The translations under genes were made by a program, and so were the position numbers. Shown here in pieces: positions 25,222 to 39,296 of a stretch of DNA of 64,000 nucleotides. Position 1 is the first letter of the stretch. Every line of letters starts with the position of its first letter. Under the pieces are notes generated by a model. The model was not told the DNA's origin, did not search any database, and saw nothing but the letters and a program-made list of their open reading frames with translations. This DNA comes from Amphiscolops sp. MND2022. Lineage: Eukaryota. The DNA lies in NCBI GenBank assembly GCA_964187785.1, contig OZ076409.1, positions 69,318,001 to 69,382,000 of the forward strand, given 5' to 3'.

Positions 25222-28200
25222 GAACTAACAGAATACGAATTGGAGGATAACTGTAAATTGATGATGAATTCAAAATGTTATCGTACTGTCTCTTTTTAAA
25301 AAGGCCTACGCAAAACTTTCTCAAACACGTTTGAGACTTAAGCTTGGTACAGGTACTTTTTTACTAACAATTTACATTCTTGTTCATTTAATCCTTCACA
25401 ATCTACTGCATTTCCCCGCTTAGGTTTCGAGGCACAAGTTTACAGCCATCATTAATATAACACAAATCAAACTAATAAACAGTTCGCTACTTAGCGTAGT
25501 AGCTTGAATGTAAACCTCACTTCAGTAGCCTCTCGTTTCTTGTCAATCTTCATCAAGATCTTGCAGGGATTCTCGCCGGTTTCTTCGTAGCGACATCCCA
25601 CACCAATTCCTTCTTTTTCAGGGATTCGCGCATTTTCGGGGTAATATTCTTTTCCCTCTTCTTTTTCACCCATATTCTATTCTTTTGTTCACTCGCCTCC
25701 TTCCTTTCATCCTTGGTTTCTGTGGTGTTGGATGATATCTTGGTCGAATTGGTGGAACAGCGTGTGTCTTCCTCAAAGTCGAACACCAACTCTGTGGATC
25801 ACACCTTTCCCCCTCTGTTCCTCGTCTTTGTTATTTTGGCGGCGTGTTCTTCAATTTCGCTTGAACTAGTTGATTCTGATACGTTTCCTTTCGTCTTTTT
25901 GTTCTTCCATGTTTTTCATTTCGCTCTTTTGCAGGATTTACCACGTCCCTTTTAGAGAAGGTCTTCATCATTCTGGAAGATTCAGGCATTATTGCAACGT
26001 GTGGGCTGTCTCCTTGATTTTCGCCGTTTGTTTGGTGAAAGCCGATTCCAGCTTTGACCCCTTGGCTCTTTCACTGACCAAAACGGTCGAATCCAATTCG
26101 TCTTGGAATTCGGAAGGTTGGAAATCCAAGTCCGTGTCTTGTGCTGAAATATCCGTTAATTTTTCACTGTCTTCCCCTCTTTTCCCTAATGTTTTTAAAG
26201 GATTCTGCTATCTTTCTTCTTACTTACTTTTAACCTAAATTCTTAATACAGGACTTCTGAGAGTTCAGACTTGTCATTCGATAAGATTGTTTGCTTGTTC
26301 GCCCTCGGTCGTTCATTAATCGTTCTAATGAGCCGTTCAGTTTGTCCGCTTCTTCTATGATCTCTCACCGGACAAGTTATATGCTCTATTTCGAATTGTT
26401 TACAAAACCCAGTAAATACTTCACCATTGAAGATAGTCCCTGAATCCGTGCGTATTTTCTTTGGGACTCCGTTTTGAGTGATGTATTGTTTTAAAAGTTC
26501 CAATACTTTCGTTGTTGTTGGGCGACGTCGAAATTTCTCAACCGGCCAGCCGGAGAATTGGTCGATGGACACTAGCAAATACTTTTTTCCATTTTTTCGC
26601 ATTTTCGAACAGACCAACAAAAGTTAGCCCTACATCCTAAATTTGCTCGTTTGCTTCCGGTGTTTTTCCTATTTGTTATTTTCTCAAAGTAAGTTCCACG
26701 TTCTTACCTTTGGACACACTGTTCACAAAGCCTTACTTGATCTATGACCTCGCGGTGGATGCGGGGCCACCAAATCTCTGCTATCATCGATAGCATCGAG
26801 TCGCGGCCAGAATGGCCATAATGCGTGTAACCAGTCGATTTTGTTATAAGTTGTTACCAAGATGATCACTTTTGAATTACCTTGTCAGCGACGTAATTAG
26901 CCGTTAACAGCTTGGATTAAGCAGCTTGGTTGATGGACTTGACTCATCTTACAAGTACGCGAGGTATTACTACAAAAAATCGTACTCGAATTGCGTTTGT
27001 CCCGCTTTCTGATTTGCTGCTTTTCGGTAGCATTGTTTTTGCGATTGACGGTATTACTTTCGTTCACATTTTTCGGCGGCTTGTGTTGATTGCTTGACGT
27101 GTCACTGTTTTCTAAAACATCATTCAAACTAATTACACTATTTACAGTGAAACATTCATTCCAAATGGTTACCGCTCTTACCGATGCTCCTTGTAGCTTT
27201 TTGAGGTGTCCGGAAATGAAACCCGCCATAACTTCAAAATCAAATGGGAGTAACCGGTCTACGCATCTTGTCAATCTGCTAGAGATTGTTTTATTTCCCC
27301 TGTTTAGTTTTAGTACTGACATCAATGCTTCATGATCTGAAATTGTTTCAAACTGTACACCATATACGTAGGTTTTACAATGATCAACCGCCCAGAGTTT
27401 AGCCAATAATTCCAATTCATCTATAGATTATTTTGCTTCCAAAACACTTGAAAATCCTAAATTTTGGCTTCCACTCGCTATTCCTCTGACCTTGTTAAAA
27501 ACTGCGCCTACACCTTGCTTGCTAGCATCGCATGTTATTCGAATTTCTTTGTTTTTAATTTTCACTAACGCTTTTTGTGTTCTCGGTCCCAATTCTAATC
27601 AGCGTCTTTTTTCAAAATTGTTCTAAACGGAAAACTGTTTGCCGCTAGATTTGGTATAATTTTATTGAATTGATTGACTGCTCCTAGAATTGAGCGTAGA
27701 TGTTTCAAGTTAGTCGGTCGAAACCTATCGCTTATTCCCTGACTTTTCGGAAAATCTGGGAGACACCAGTTCTTGTGCGATTATACATTTCTCTGCCTTT
27801 AATTGAAAATTTTTCTCATCCAAATTTTTCATTACTTCCCTCACTTTGTTCAAATGCTCATGCTTGGTTCCTTTTATTACAACTAATATGTCATCTATAT
27901 GCAGAAATAAACTGTTTATAATTGTCAAGGTGAAGCCCTTCAATTTTTGAAATTCATTTGGCATTACTATGAGGCCGTGAAACGCCGTTGTAAAGCAGTA
28001 GGTTCCCGTTGATTTTCCCCCAACAGTTTGAAATTTGAAATGTCTTTTTGTTAATGCTTGTAAAGGAGTTTTATCGTATGCGTATGTCATGTCTACAGAC
28101 GAATACTAGGCATGCCCTTCGCTCACTTCTAATTGCTGGGCAATCATGTCCATTAAACTAACTAGGTTATGCACCTGGTATTTAGCTATAGGCTGATTTA

Positions 28201-30135
28201 GCGCCCTCGCTTCCGAAGCCGTTCCAAAGATTTATCTTTTTTGACAATTTTTGTTGCTGAATAAACACATCATATTGGATCTTATCAACGTTCTCAACAT
28301 GCCGCGACTTTAATAGTTTTTCAATTTCTATGTCCACCTGATTTTTAATATGAATTGGTACTCTGCGGCTCTTTTGTTGTGTATTTTTTACATCATCTTT
28401 TATTTTAATTTTCATTTCGTAATTTTTCACTTGGCCTTTCCTTGTAAACAATTTTGGTAATTCCCATACTAACTGCTGGAACTCGGCACTTTGCTTTTCT
28501 TCGGGATTCATCTCACATATTCTTGCCTTACATTTCACAACTTGCGTGTTTACTTCACACTCATCTCTTTCCATCGGCTGCGTAATTTGGTAGCGGAGAG
28601 CAACTACCCAATCAAGGTCCACTATTGATTTTCCGGAGTTAGTCGCAACTAACACTCGAGCTTTCGACACGGTCACGCGTGCTACCTCAAGTCGCACAAT
28701 TTGTAACCAAGTAGCTCCAATGGATTCTTATTGTAGTCGACGTACCTCTCAACCTCGATCATGTTTCTGATTACCACTTTTCATTCTCCGACGATTTTTG
28801 TAGGACGCGCTTTGTGAATATAGCGACTCGGGAACCAGTATCGAGAATCGCTCTGAAGTATTGTCCGCACATATTCCTTCTCATATAAAACTGTTTGCTG
28901 CCTTTCCCGTCTACTTGTAACACTAGTTGCTCCTCGTCTTTTCCAGATTCTTCTTCTTCATCCGATTCTTCAATGTAATTTACTCTTCGCCTTTTTTTGC
29001 ATTTTTCGTTGCATCATCTTCTTGTGTTTCTGCGGAAACTTCCTATTGCAACATTTTTCAACGTGCCTAATTTTTTAAACTGAATATACAACAATGGTTT
29101 TTAGCCAAACAGAAATTTGCATGTTCCATCGTGAAGTTCGCTTCCTGCATCTGTAGCAGTCTCTGGGGTCAAATTTTTCCACGGCAAAGACCGGTTTACT
29201 CTTTACTGCTATTTTTATAGTTTCGCATGTTTGCGTTCCAAAAGGTTTTCGGCGTTTCACCCCCTTCTCAAATGCCATGGCGAACTCCATATCTGCTTAC
29301 AACTCCGGTCTGCTTCCTTGGGCTCAGTACAAAGCCTTCCTTGTACGTTTTTGTTACTCATGTGCAGTAGAAACATGTCAAGAACTAGGGTTGTTGTAGT
29401 TTCCCCAAGTCACACATTGCCGCTGGGCCTTTTAGAGCATGCCAGAATTGAAATAATGTCTCGCCAGGTCGTTAAAGCCCTATGAAGAATAGATGGCGGT
29501 CTAAAGTTCTTTTTCTTTTTTTTTTCGAAAACAGTCATTACCCAATGATATTAGCTGCTGAGCTTTTAGATCCCATAAGGCAGTGTGTGGGTGCTTATCC
29601 GTGAATTGTTTTCTTGCTGCCTCACCCGATGCCAAGTACTACGTTACGCTAATTATCTTTTTGTTTCCAGGCTCTTCGTCGAGTTCCCCCATTAAGTTCT
29701 TGACCCTGGTACAGTGCTGAGTTAATTCTCGTGTTAACTCGGTGATGGAAATGGAATATTTGCCCATCATGGCTACTTGAAAAAGGTCCATCCACTTGTC
29801 CCAATTTATTAATGTGTTGGCAGTCGCGTTGTTCCATAACACTGGCAAACCCAGGAGAAGTGATGATGAAGATGGTGACGATTGGCAGCCTGAAGATGAT
29901 TTTTCGGCTCGCAGCGCCATGTTAACGTGGAGCTCAAGAACTAACAGAATAGGAATATTGTATTACAGAGGATAACTGTAAATTGATGATGATTTCGAAA
30001 TGTTATCGTAGTGTCTCTTTTTAAATAGGCTAACGGAAATGATTCTCAAATAGGTTCTAGATTTGAGCAAAGTACAGGTACTTGTTTACTAACAATTTAC
30101 ATTCTTGTTCATTTCATCATTCACTATCTACTAGA
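25222..30135 (-). mobile_element. Old, heavily decayed Mag-like Ty3/Gypsy element in a cadherin intron
   Basis: Diverged LTRs (~25222-25410 and ~29920-30135), PBS TGGCGCTGCGAGC directly after the 5' LTR, PPT AGCGGGGAAA (25411-25420), and fragmented gag/RT/RNase H/IN ORFs collinear with the 8.7-14 kb element (MALRAE..., MTYAY, LHIDD, IRTDSG). No TSD recovered. Confidence 0.9.
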
Positions 30136-30368
30136 CTCATATTACTTTGCAATCCTAATGAAACGTAGAAAAATAAAAGGGAGAAACCTTTAAATCATTT
30201 TTTCACTCTTTAGACGTTAGATTGTATGTGTTATGTGTTATTCTGGTCACTTCGACTGGATTGAAAAAAAACAACAAATAGACACTACCTTAGTCGGATT
30301 TTGTTCCATATAGCTTTGATTAAAAGCCCGGTAAGTGAATTACCAAAAAGGCATCAGTTTTAATTAAC

Positions 30369-30446
30369 CAACGTTTTCGTTGAAATAGAATCTGCTGGAG
30401 GCCGGAGTTGCGTCTTGGTCGGGATAGTTGATATTCAATTCGTAAG
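30369..30446 (-). CDS. Probable small cadherin-gene exon
   Basis: acacag / gttaat; YELNINYPDQDATPASSRFYF with a DxD motif; neighbouring exons not fully resolved. Confidence 0.4.
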
Positions 30447-31168
30447 CTGTGTTTTTAGGCTAAAATGAATAAAAAGCACTTTCTACATAGAATATTGAGA
30501 TAACTATTCAACTTTTAACATTTTAACGCTTTTGCGCCAAATTTTCGAATTTTAAAAAATAGAAATCAAAATGAAAAAAATATTAACTCGAATATAAATT
30601 ATAAACGTTTACGACAAGGAACATCATATGGGTTGGTTTCCAAAAAGTTATTTTTTTGTGATTTCTAACAATTCATGTAAAGCTAGCTTGAAAAAAAAAA
30701 GAATTTCGAAAACATGGAATTTGGAATAAAAAAAGAACGTTTTTCATTAAAATGATTAGCTTTTGAACCTTGAAAACTCGCTGATCAGGTTCTTACCATC
30801 GAGGATGACATTTGAGTTTTGAGAACTTTCTGCCAGAAATAAAGATGGTAGCAGCTCAACGTGTTTTAAATAAGCTGGAAGTTTCATTCAAGTTGTAACG
30901 TCAAAAAGTTTGTACTCATGCAGAATTCGAACACCGTCCTCCTCTTTAGGACACTTTGTAATCACTAGGACGATCTAACCACTAGACCAACTGTCAACTT
31001 TTTCGGCCTCCTATCCGTTTTGGTCACATTCATATCTCGCTTGAATAAACGTAACCTGTGATTGTAATAGTCGTTTGAGTTTAATTCCAACTAAAAGAGC
31101 CGACTAAACATGAAACCTATGGAACAGACCAAAAGACTCCTCGGAGGTACGAAAATAGAAGCTCTTAC

Positions 31169-31394
31169 TCTGAGTCGCCAGGGGCACGGGAATCGAACTC
31201 GTTGAACCAGGGTATCTCCGGTTTATCCAGGATAGACAAAGTGAGAGTGGCGGTGGGACTGGTTTCAAGAGGGGTGCCGTTGTCATCTACCACTATGGAT
31301 AGCAAGAACTCGTTGCACTCACCCTCGTAATCAAACTTGGCGTTGACTGAATCAGTCTGCAGTTTCAGGAAATTTCCAGTGCCCGTAGTTTCCT
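31169..31394 (-). CDS. Cadherin-domain gene exon
   Basis: taccag / gtaaga; my translation gives KFDYE...VDDNGTP...TATLTLSILDKPEIP (a frame not shown in the ORF track). Confidence 0.85.
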
Positions 31395-32374
31395 CTGGTA
31401 AAAATCACGCAATCTTGTCTCCGCGTTCATTTCACAAGTTATGTGTTAAAAACTGCGATGGAAATTTGGTAATGAAATGAGGTGAAGAGCATAAAAACAC
31501 TGGTAAAGTTTTATAATTCCATTTCCTGTCAATCTGTTACCAGGTTGGTTTTTGCTTGGTTTCATGGAAAATTATCAACAAAAAATTATCATTATGAAAT
31601 CTAAAACCTGTTGTTGTCTTGCAGAACGAGTTTTTTTGCTATTACCGTTTTTTGCATGGAATTGCTTTTTTCAGGGAAAATTACTCAAGCTGACCCTTAT
31701 GAGTAAACGTTCCATGTGTCTTTCTTCCATATGCATATCATTTTTTTTCTCATAGAACAAAAAATGTCTTCTGCAAATCAAGCAATGATATAACTTGGAA
31801 TGCCTTTTTATTGCGGAATCGTCCTTCTGACAATAACTGTTACGAGCTGGGAATTGCAGGTCAATAACCGCTTAGATTCGGAAAAAAACAGGCTCATGGA
31901 TATTGTCAGGGGCTGTTTCTTTAGAATTCTCAATGCTGAAAACTATATAGAAAACCTTTTGGCGCCAAAGCGGTTTTTTATTTGAAAACTTTGAAAAAAA
32001 GTCAAAGGGTGAATTGAAGAAAAATTAAAAGAAAGTTGAACAGCTCAGAAAAAAACGAGAGAGGGGACCGACTCTTTGATCTGTTTTTGGAATTAAAATA
32101 GAATTGTAAGAGTATCAAAATTGCGGATCATGAGGAATTTTTGTAAAAAAAATATTTTGGTAATTTCGGTCGGGCTGAAAGCAAAATCGACAAAAAACGG
32201 AAAAGATGATATTCGGACTATATTCCCTATAGCACCATCAAAGAATCATAATTCAAAATGTGCAGAATATTCAAATAGATCTCAGCAATTGTGTTGGTCT
32301 TTTGGTTGCAATCATTGAAGCAATTTGATAAGAATTGATTAATTCAAGTAGAATAATTAATGACTCTTGCCTAC

Positions 32375-32564
32375 GAATTTGAACCATGTGGTAGTAGTGG
32401 CATCAGAGCAGCTGTTGTCAACAATCCGGGCGCTGTGGGTCTGGGGTGTGGTAGTGGGGGGCTCCGGAACATCCACTTCTGAGACAGTCAGGGTGAGGAT
32501 GTCTGTATCTGGGGGTAAGGCTATTGCCTGCCGTGTATGTGGGGTAGAACTCTTGAAGAAACAC
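32375..32564 (-). CDS. Cadherin-domain gene exon
   Basis: aactag / gtaggc; GC-rich island reading DTDILTLTVSEVDVPEPP. Confidence 0.7.
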
Positions 32565-33599
32565 CTAGTTAAATTAAAAATAAAAGTAGAACAGAAACAT
32601 CTTCAGGTCATGAAATATGACCACAAGAGAAAAGTTCATAGAGAAAAGAAGGTACGGTACGCCTGTCGAGAAAAACGAAGGATGGAGCACTGTGAAAAGT
32701 AAACATTTGAGAAGTGGAATGACAACTTACGTTTCACTGAAAAGTAACACAAACCACACGAAGGTCCTAAAAATACGATCCTAAAAACTTCGAGAACTAG
32801 TTTTGTCCAGGACTTGGAAACACTAAAAACTAAAAACCTCAGGCGCAATACTCGAACAAAGTATTTTCGAGTATACTTTCCATTGTACTTTTCAATCTGT
32901 ACTTGCTGCAAATAACGCCGAAAAAACCAGCAGTTCCAACATTACGAAGACCTCTTGGACGACATAGTGTTTGGGTGGTCTCAAACAATGATTTTCTAGA
33001 ACATAAGGGCACATCCAAAACAGATAAAGTACGCTTAGATTCAATAATAAAAGAAAAACACTTCCGAAAACAAAGCACACTACCTTATCTGAAACCTTTG
33101 TAAGTGTTCCAATATAACAATCTGTATTAAAATCACCCAATTAGGACGTTGAAAATGCACAGATGTTTTTCGAGTCTACGCCTATCGAAGCCTAATTGAA
33201 ACCAAAAGAGATCACATCAATGAGGAAAATGACGTTCAAGGAGGTTTTATTGATCAGTTTCAGAACAAAAATAGTTTGTTGTCATAAATTTAGCCGATGT
33301 GACCATCGATAGATAAATTTTAATCGAAGACGAGAAATTTTGAAAATTTTGAAATTTTGGAGAGATTGAAAAAAGATGCACATTTTTAGACAGCGCATTT
33401 TAACAAAATAAGCGCGAATAAAACAGTGGCAATTTTTTTCGTTTTTTTTCGTCAAACAAAAGAGTGTATGGGTAATGGACACTTTTTACAGATCTACTAA
33501 ACTACAGGACCGACCAGCGTGAAAGCATCTAAGTCAGTGCCAAGTTCATTTATTTCATTGTAAACCTAACATACAAAACTGGAAAAACTAAAAAGTCCC

Positions 33600-34565
33600 T
33601 TTTTCGATTTTGTTTTCGGTACTGTGACACTTTTTTCGAAAATTTTTCATTTGTTAACTTTTTTGATATTTGCAAGATATTGCATGTTAAAAAGCCCAAA
33701 AGGTCCCCCTTCTATATTTTTCAGCATTGTGAGACTTTTCGAAATTATCATTTTTGTCTTAAAATTAGGTCTTTTCAGTGGCCCAGCCGAACGTTTGAGG
33801 TTATATCCGAAATAATGCGTTCCAATAAAGAGTCGAGGCAATGTTCGAAAAAATTGCGCTATATCCGAAGCTTCGACACTATTTCCGAAGTATAGTGCGT
33901 TTCACTAAGAAGAAGCGGAGATTCATTAATATTGCGCTATATCCGATTTTTATAGAAACGGCGTGTTCTCTTTACAATGCGAGTTTTTTTCTAATTTGTT
34001 TCCACTGAAGCCCCCTCTCAATTTTTAGTAGAAACAACGTTTTGCGAGCATAGGCGGTTGCTTTGGTTTTCGGCACTATGCGACGTACCCAGTCTTTCCA
34101 GATTTAAGGGGAACTTCTGAATATTTTTTAATCCTATGGGACTGATGAAAGGTTTCTCAATAATTGTGCAAAAGACCTACAGCTTTTTCTCGACACTGTG
34201 CAACGTTTTTTTCCGAAACAGTTCTCTTCCGGTAAAAAAGTTCCTCTCGAATTGTTACAAAATTTTTGGCTCGAAAAAACGCGTTTAGCGAAATTATTAG
34301 GTCTCCTTTTGGTTTTTTGGAACTTTGAGACTTTTCCGAAATGAAAGAAAGCCCAAATCAATTGCCCCAAAGAACTGTGTTTTTTTTGTAGTTTCCAGTT
34401 GGGAGAAAAGTAGTTTTCGAGTTTTGTGCCTATACCTATGAGTATTTTTGGCACTGGAAACTTGAACAAACTTTCGCAACTAACCTTTAGTTCTCAGAAT
34501 GCTTTTGAAACTTTGTGCTTTTTGAACCCTAAGTGTAGCGCCGACTTCAGACGCTCCCGTTTTGT
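33600..34565. repeat. Fragments of an abundant dispersed repeat family
   Basis: Recurrent motifs ttttcggcactatgcgac / aagtcgcatagtaccgaaa and gcgctatatccgaa also occur at ~580, 2400-2520, 25100 and 40480. Boundaries approximate. Confidence 0.5.
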
Positions 34566-35451
34566 TACCCATTACAATGTCTTTTGAAGTCCAATGGTCT
34601 GCAAATTTTCATTAGTAACAGCCTAACTATAAATTGGGGGAAAACACACATATAAATTGCTTTTAAGCCACCTTCTGAGAGATGAAATCACTCTCTTGGA
34701 TTGGTTGAATAAGAATACAAAGGTACGCTAATGATATGAGGTTTGTCAGAATTCCCATAGCCAAAAATATTGCCTCGCATTTATCAGCCTTGATAGTCAA
34801 CTTGCTGAATTCAAACTAGATGGATGAAGTTACCATGTCATTTTCAATTGAACGATCAGTATGTTTTCGGGCATTGATATTGTTTTCATAATCAGCATGA
34901 TTTTTGTTATGTTGTGTTTACCTTTCTTGCACTAAACTATTCCCATCTATCAGTCATGTATTTTCTCATTGGATGATTGATATTTCGTCGCATTTGGAGT
35001 TTTTCCATTTGTTGAGCAATTCCATTTAATCGAGGGTATGAAAAGCTTCCTAAAGATCAGTTAAACTGGCTTGCCCGTCATTTTTTTGTCATTTTTTTTT
35101 CTAATGAAATCAGTTATGGCAGTGATTGCAAGACATTTTTTCTCTAAAGCCATTTTGCATCGAGGTGAGAAGTTTGAATGCTTGACAATTCGTTTTAGCC
35201 CTTTTTAGAATTTCGACGTTTTGTAGAACACTTGTGGAACTTTTTTTGTTACTTCGACCCGATTGGTAGAATCCGAAAAGGGCGCCGATATAGAAAAACA
35301 AAAACCATTTTAAGTGTCCACCTGTGAATTAGCAATTATCTCCGTTTCTTTCTTCTTCGTTTTCTTCCTTTTCTAATCGATCGCGTTGAAAAAACTCTAG
35401 TAAAACCAGTTTAATGCTTGCGTTTTATTCCATAAACAGCAATCAACTTAC

Positions 35452-35630
35452 GACTTGCGGCAAATTGGTGATGACGGGAGCTTCGTTGACATCCAGTATG
35501 ACAACTGCCACTTCGTTGGGACTTGTGTCTTTCTGTTTAGGAGTGTACGCCGTCACAGTCAACGTGTACTCGTCAACTGTCTCGTGGTCATTGTTCAAAG
35601 TGATCCCACTTGCCCAGCTAATCTCACCAG
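35452..35630 (-). CDS. Cadherin-domain gene exon
   Basis: ctccag / gtaagt; phase 1 to 0; TGEI...DHETVDEYTLTVTA...ILDVNEAP (my translation). Confidence 0.92.
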
Positions 35631-36074
35631 CTGGAGAAAAAATTTCAAATATTTCCCGTCCAGATATCGCAACCAGTCAATTGGGGTTCACTTTTGATGT
35701 GAAAAATTAACTAGTTTCGAAGGTGACATATAAAAATATGTTCATACATTCCATTCCGCACTCTTCGATTTACAGCTCATATCATTTTCTCGTTTTCTTT
35801 CCGACACACATTTGACGTTTAGTGTGTACCTTGCGTTTCGAATGTGAGTATGATGGTTAGAATGGTTATGATGGTATGATGGTTAGGATTTCGGACATAA
35901 ACTTTCGTCTCGAAATGAAGTGTGAGTTTAAACTGAACTGTCAACCAATCAAAAAGTCTAACACATTTTGAGCCGTCAAACTTCAAAACAAACTTTGCTG
36001 AGAAAAAACTTACATGAAGGATTCAAGTTTCATGCCCAATATGTCTAACGTTGTCCTCGAAAACAAAAACTTAC

Positions 36075-36386
36075 TATCTTCGTCAATAACGAATTTGCTA
36101 GCACCCGAGGCCGGGGCTACAGCCAGGTCAAACTTGACAGGGAAACCAGCATTAGGGGTTCCATCAGTGCAGGTAGTGATCAATTGCCCAGCCACGCTCT
36201 CATCGTTTTCTTCATACTCCAGGTTAAGAACGGGGTTGCAGTTTGTGTCCGGAGGTACGTCATCTTCGTTCAGAAGCTTTATCAAGAGTTCTTCTTCGTC
36301 GCCAGAGATTGCAGCCGATACTTTGCATGTTTCTTCCGTTGGTGGCGTGGTCTCGAAATCTGGTGTATTGGGTGCGTTGTATTTCA
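36075..36386 (-). CDS. Cadherin-domain gene exon (most 5' exon I can support)
   Basis: tttcag / gtaagt; phase 1 to 1, joins 35630 in frame; PDFE...IKLLNEDDVPP...FVIDED. Confidence 0.85.
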
Positions 36387-37018
36387 CTGAAAAATAAGGG
36401 ACCGAAAGATACCATTCAAAGTAAGCGTGAACTTAAAAGTCACATGTCACCAAGGTTTTCCACGATGGCATTGTCTCATTTCCTACTGATGATAAAATGT
36501 TGTTTGAGTGAAATGGAATTCTACTTTTCAGTCTTCACTAAAAATCGAAGAAGTTTTTCAAATATCTTCTTGGATATAACCTATTTTCTTCAACAACTGG
36601 CAAAATTTCCAACTCCTGAAAATCACTTCTTTACGTATTCTTTCGATTTTCAAGATTTCAGTGGACAGTTTTCACAAAGATGTTTATAATGAAATCAATT
36701 GAAAAAAGGTGATTTTCGCGTTTCGGTTTAATTGTGGGGAGATAGTTGCCAAAAAGTGGCAAAAGAAGCAAAGTAAAAACTTGACGTTTTGCAGAAGCTT
36801 TTTCATGAAATTTCCTTCTCTTCAATCCCTCGAAAATACTCTCAATAGAAAGCTAACTGCCTTAAAATCTTCAGCCGTAAAATCTTCAGCCCAATGTAAA
36901 TTTCAAGTGTAAAGTTGAATTTTTTTTTCATTGACTGATTTGAATCGTTTGAAAAACATGAATTCCACCTGTCAATGATCATGATTTAGAAAACATTCAT
37001 TGTCGAGACTGAGAGTGA

Positions 37019-38943
37019 GCCAGGTTTACAGGTTAATAATCATGACATCACCATGGGGAATCATGCCTTTCCATCAATGATTCATCCATGATTCATGGGT
37101 ACGCCATGCCGAGAATCATTCCATGATCATGGAAAGATATGTAACGTCATCCTTTGATCAACGAAATTTTGGCAAACTTTGAAAAATTCGTTCAAACTGA
37201 CGTGGCACTTGAACATGGTTTTGGCAAAGTACCTGTCAGCAGAAATCATAGAGACAGCAAGAGAAGTGCCCCGCGAAAAGAGAACGAGAAAGAACGCGTG
37301 TCCAAGCACGAATTGGTCAAAAGGACAGCAAAAGTGCCTATATCCACGGTGTTTGCCTGCTGAATCACGGTTTTGCAGCACTGATCCGGAATGTAGCATG
37401 ACGGCTTAATTGCAGTACCCGCGCCCGGGTGTTGTGCCCAGCTCGAGCGCTGGTGCCATGCCGCCCGGAATACCACCCACTTTGCCAAAACTGGACTTTA
37501 TTGTAGTAATTGACCAATTGGTTGATTAATTATTAGCTCGAGGGCTACTCTTACAATGTGCTTTTACGCAGATTCCCACTGGTGAAATTCAGTTCTGAAC
37601 TACCTTGTTGTTTTTATGAGCTATTTACGCGGTAGTTGTGAGAAGAAAGCACAATTCCTGTGCTTTTTAGCAGTTACAGACTGGTATCAGGCCAGAGAGC
37701 GTCCCTAGAGACGGTTCCCCCTCCTCGGGACCGGCTATCTTCAGGAGGACAAAGTGAGCTGATATCATGGTGGTCTGTCCCGGACCATATCCATGGTACC
37801 AGTTCCTCCACTCCAATGTTACGATACAATCGCTTAGCGCTTGCCGTTACAATACCCGGGTCGACCCTCCATGGATATCTTAGTAAGATATCTCATGGTA
37901 AGATCTTGTCAAGAGAGCCATGTTCCCAGATTTTGCAGATTTGCAGAACTGTTAGACATTAAAATTTTATGTGAGGTATAAAGTTTAATTGAGGAGTCCT
38001 TAAGCTGTTTATTTATGCACTGATTTAATTGTTCTTTCAATTGCAAAACCGTCGTCAACAACGGCGTAAGAAAAACATCGAGCTGAATCATTGCCCAAAC
38101 CGTGACAATGACCACCATTTCCAGCAGTTATAAGGCTGCTGAAAGAGGCTCAAATAATGACGGAGATGTGAATTTACAAAAAATTTCCGGATTTCTTAGT
38201 GTTCCCTAAGTAACTTTCCGAGAATAGCTCTGCACGTTTTCGAGCATTTTTCTCCGTTTTTGGATTCGACAGGAGTGATATACTTTCTGAAAAGTTTTGA
38301 AAAGCACTTGAAATGCGCTTTCATTTGGTACATTCGCATTTCTCAGTACGGAGTTATTAGGGTTGAGTACGATGAAGTAAGAATTTGGTAAGATCTTGCG
38401 AAGACAGCCAAGATGCTAGTAAGAGGATCAACAAGGGTATTCAATGAATCATGGATGATCATGGATGAAAAATCAAGGTGCCATGGATGATCACAGGTGA
38501 AAAACCATGGATTATCACGGATGAAAAGGCTTAAACCCTTTTTTATTTTGTAATAGAGAATGGAATATAAACGTGAACTAAATTAGTACTTCCATGTCTA
38601 GAAGTGCAAGATGTGTACTTTTGCAAATCGTACCAAACTTTATTTTACATAATTACAACGTTATGAATCTGATCCCATATTTTTGCGGGAAACTTTTTGG
38701 CAAACAAACTCCGTTTCTTTCGACCGGTCTTGAATAATTTTTGCTGAAAAGCATAAATTGTCATAGACCTGCTAAAAGCTTCCATAGTTAACAAAACATG
38801 TAAGTTTTCTGTCATGGATCATCATGGATGATTCATGGGTTCTCATCATAGACAAGATCATGGATGATTAGTCATGATTCGAATGAAATGCCATGAAAAA
38901 GCCATGATCCTGGATGGGAATGAGCCATGGTGGTCAATCTGGG
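37019..38943. mobile_element. Non-autonomous TIR element with CCATGA/TCATGG subterminal repeats
   Basis: Dense (t)catg(a/g) arrays at 37040-37130, 38445-38520 and 38810-38930; ends gccaggtttaca / tggtcaatctggg with GA on both flanks (left CCC degenerate). Confidence 0.6.
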
Positions 38944-39296
38944 GAAGCACTTTCCAACCCTACGGGTCCCTGCCTTTAGAACCAACAGTAGTCACGAAAA
39001 GGAACAAGAAAAATTGAGGGTGGAAGTTGTGAAAACGATGAAATAGCATATACACAACTAAAATAGCATGCATACGTCACAAATAATTTTGTGTGTGCAA
39101 GAAAAACAGAAAAGCATATCTTATGTTCCGTACTTTATTAATGAATCCACAGATTTTGTTCACTTTTCTAACAACGTGAGAAAAATGATCACAAAAGTCA
39201 ATTTGCTGTCAAACTTTTGGCCTAAATACATAAATGTGTCAACTGGATTACATTGCCATATAGTATTGACAGTTTGATCGCTTACATCAATGACAT

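Noticed and set aside
32892..33140. GDFN motif suggesting an endonuclease fragment or a cadherin exon
   Set aside because: Single short motif with no supporting neighbours or convincing splice context.
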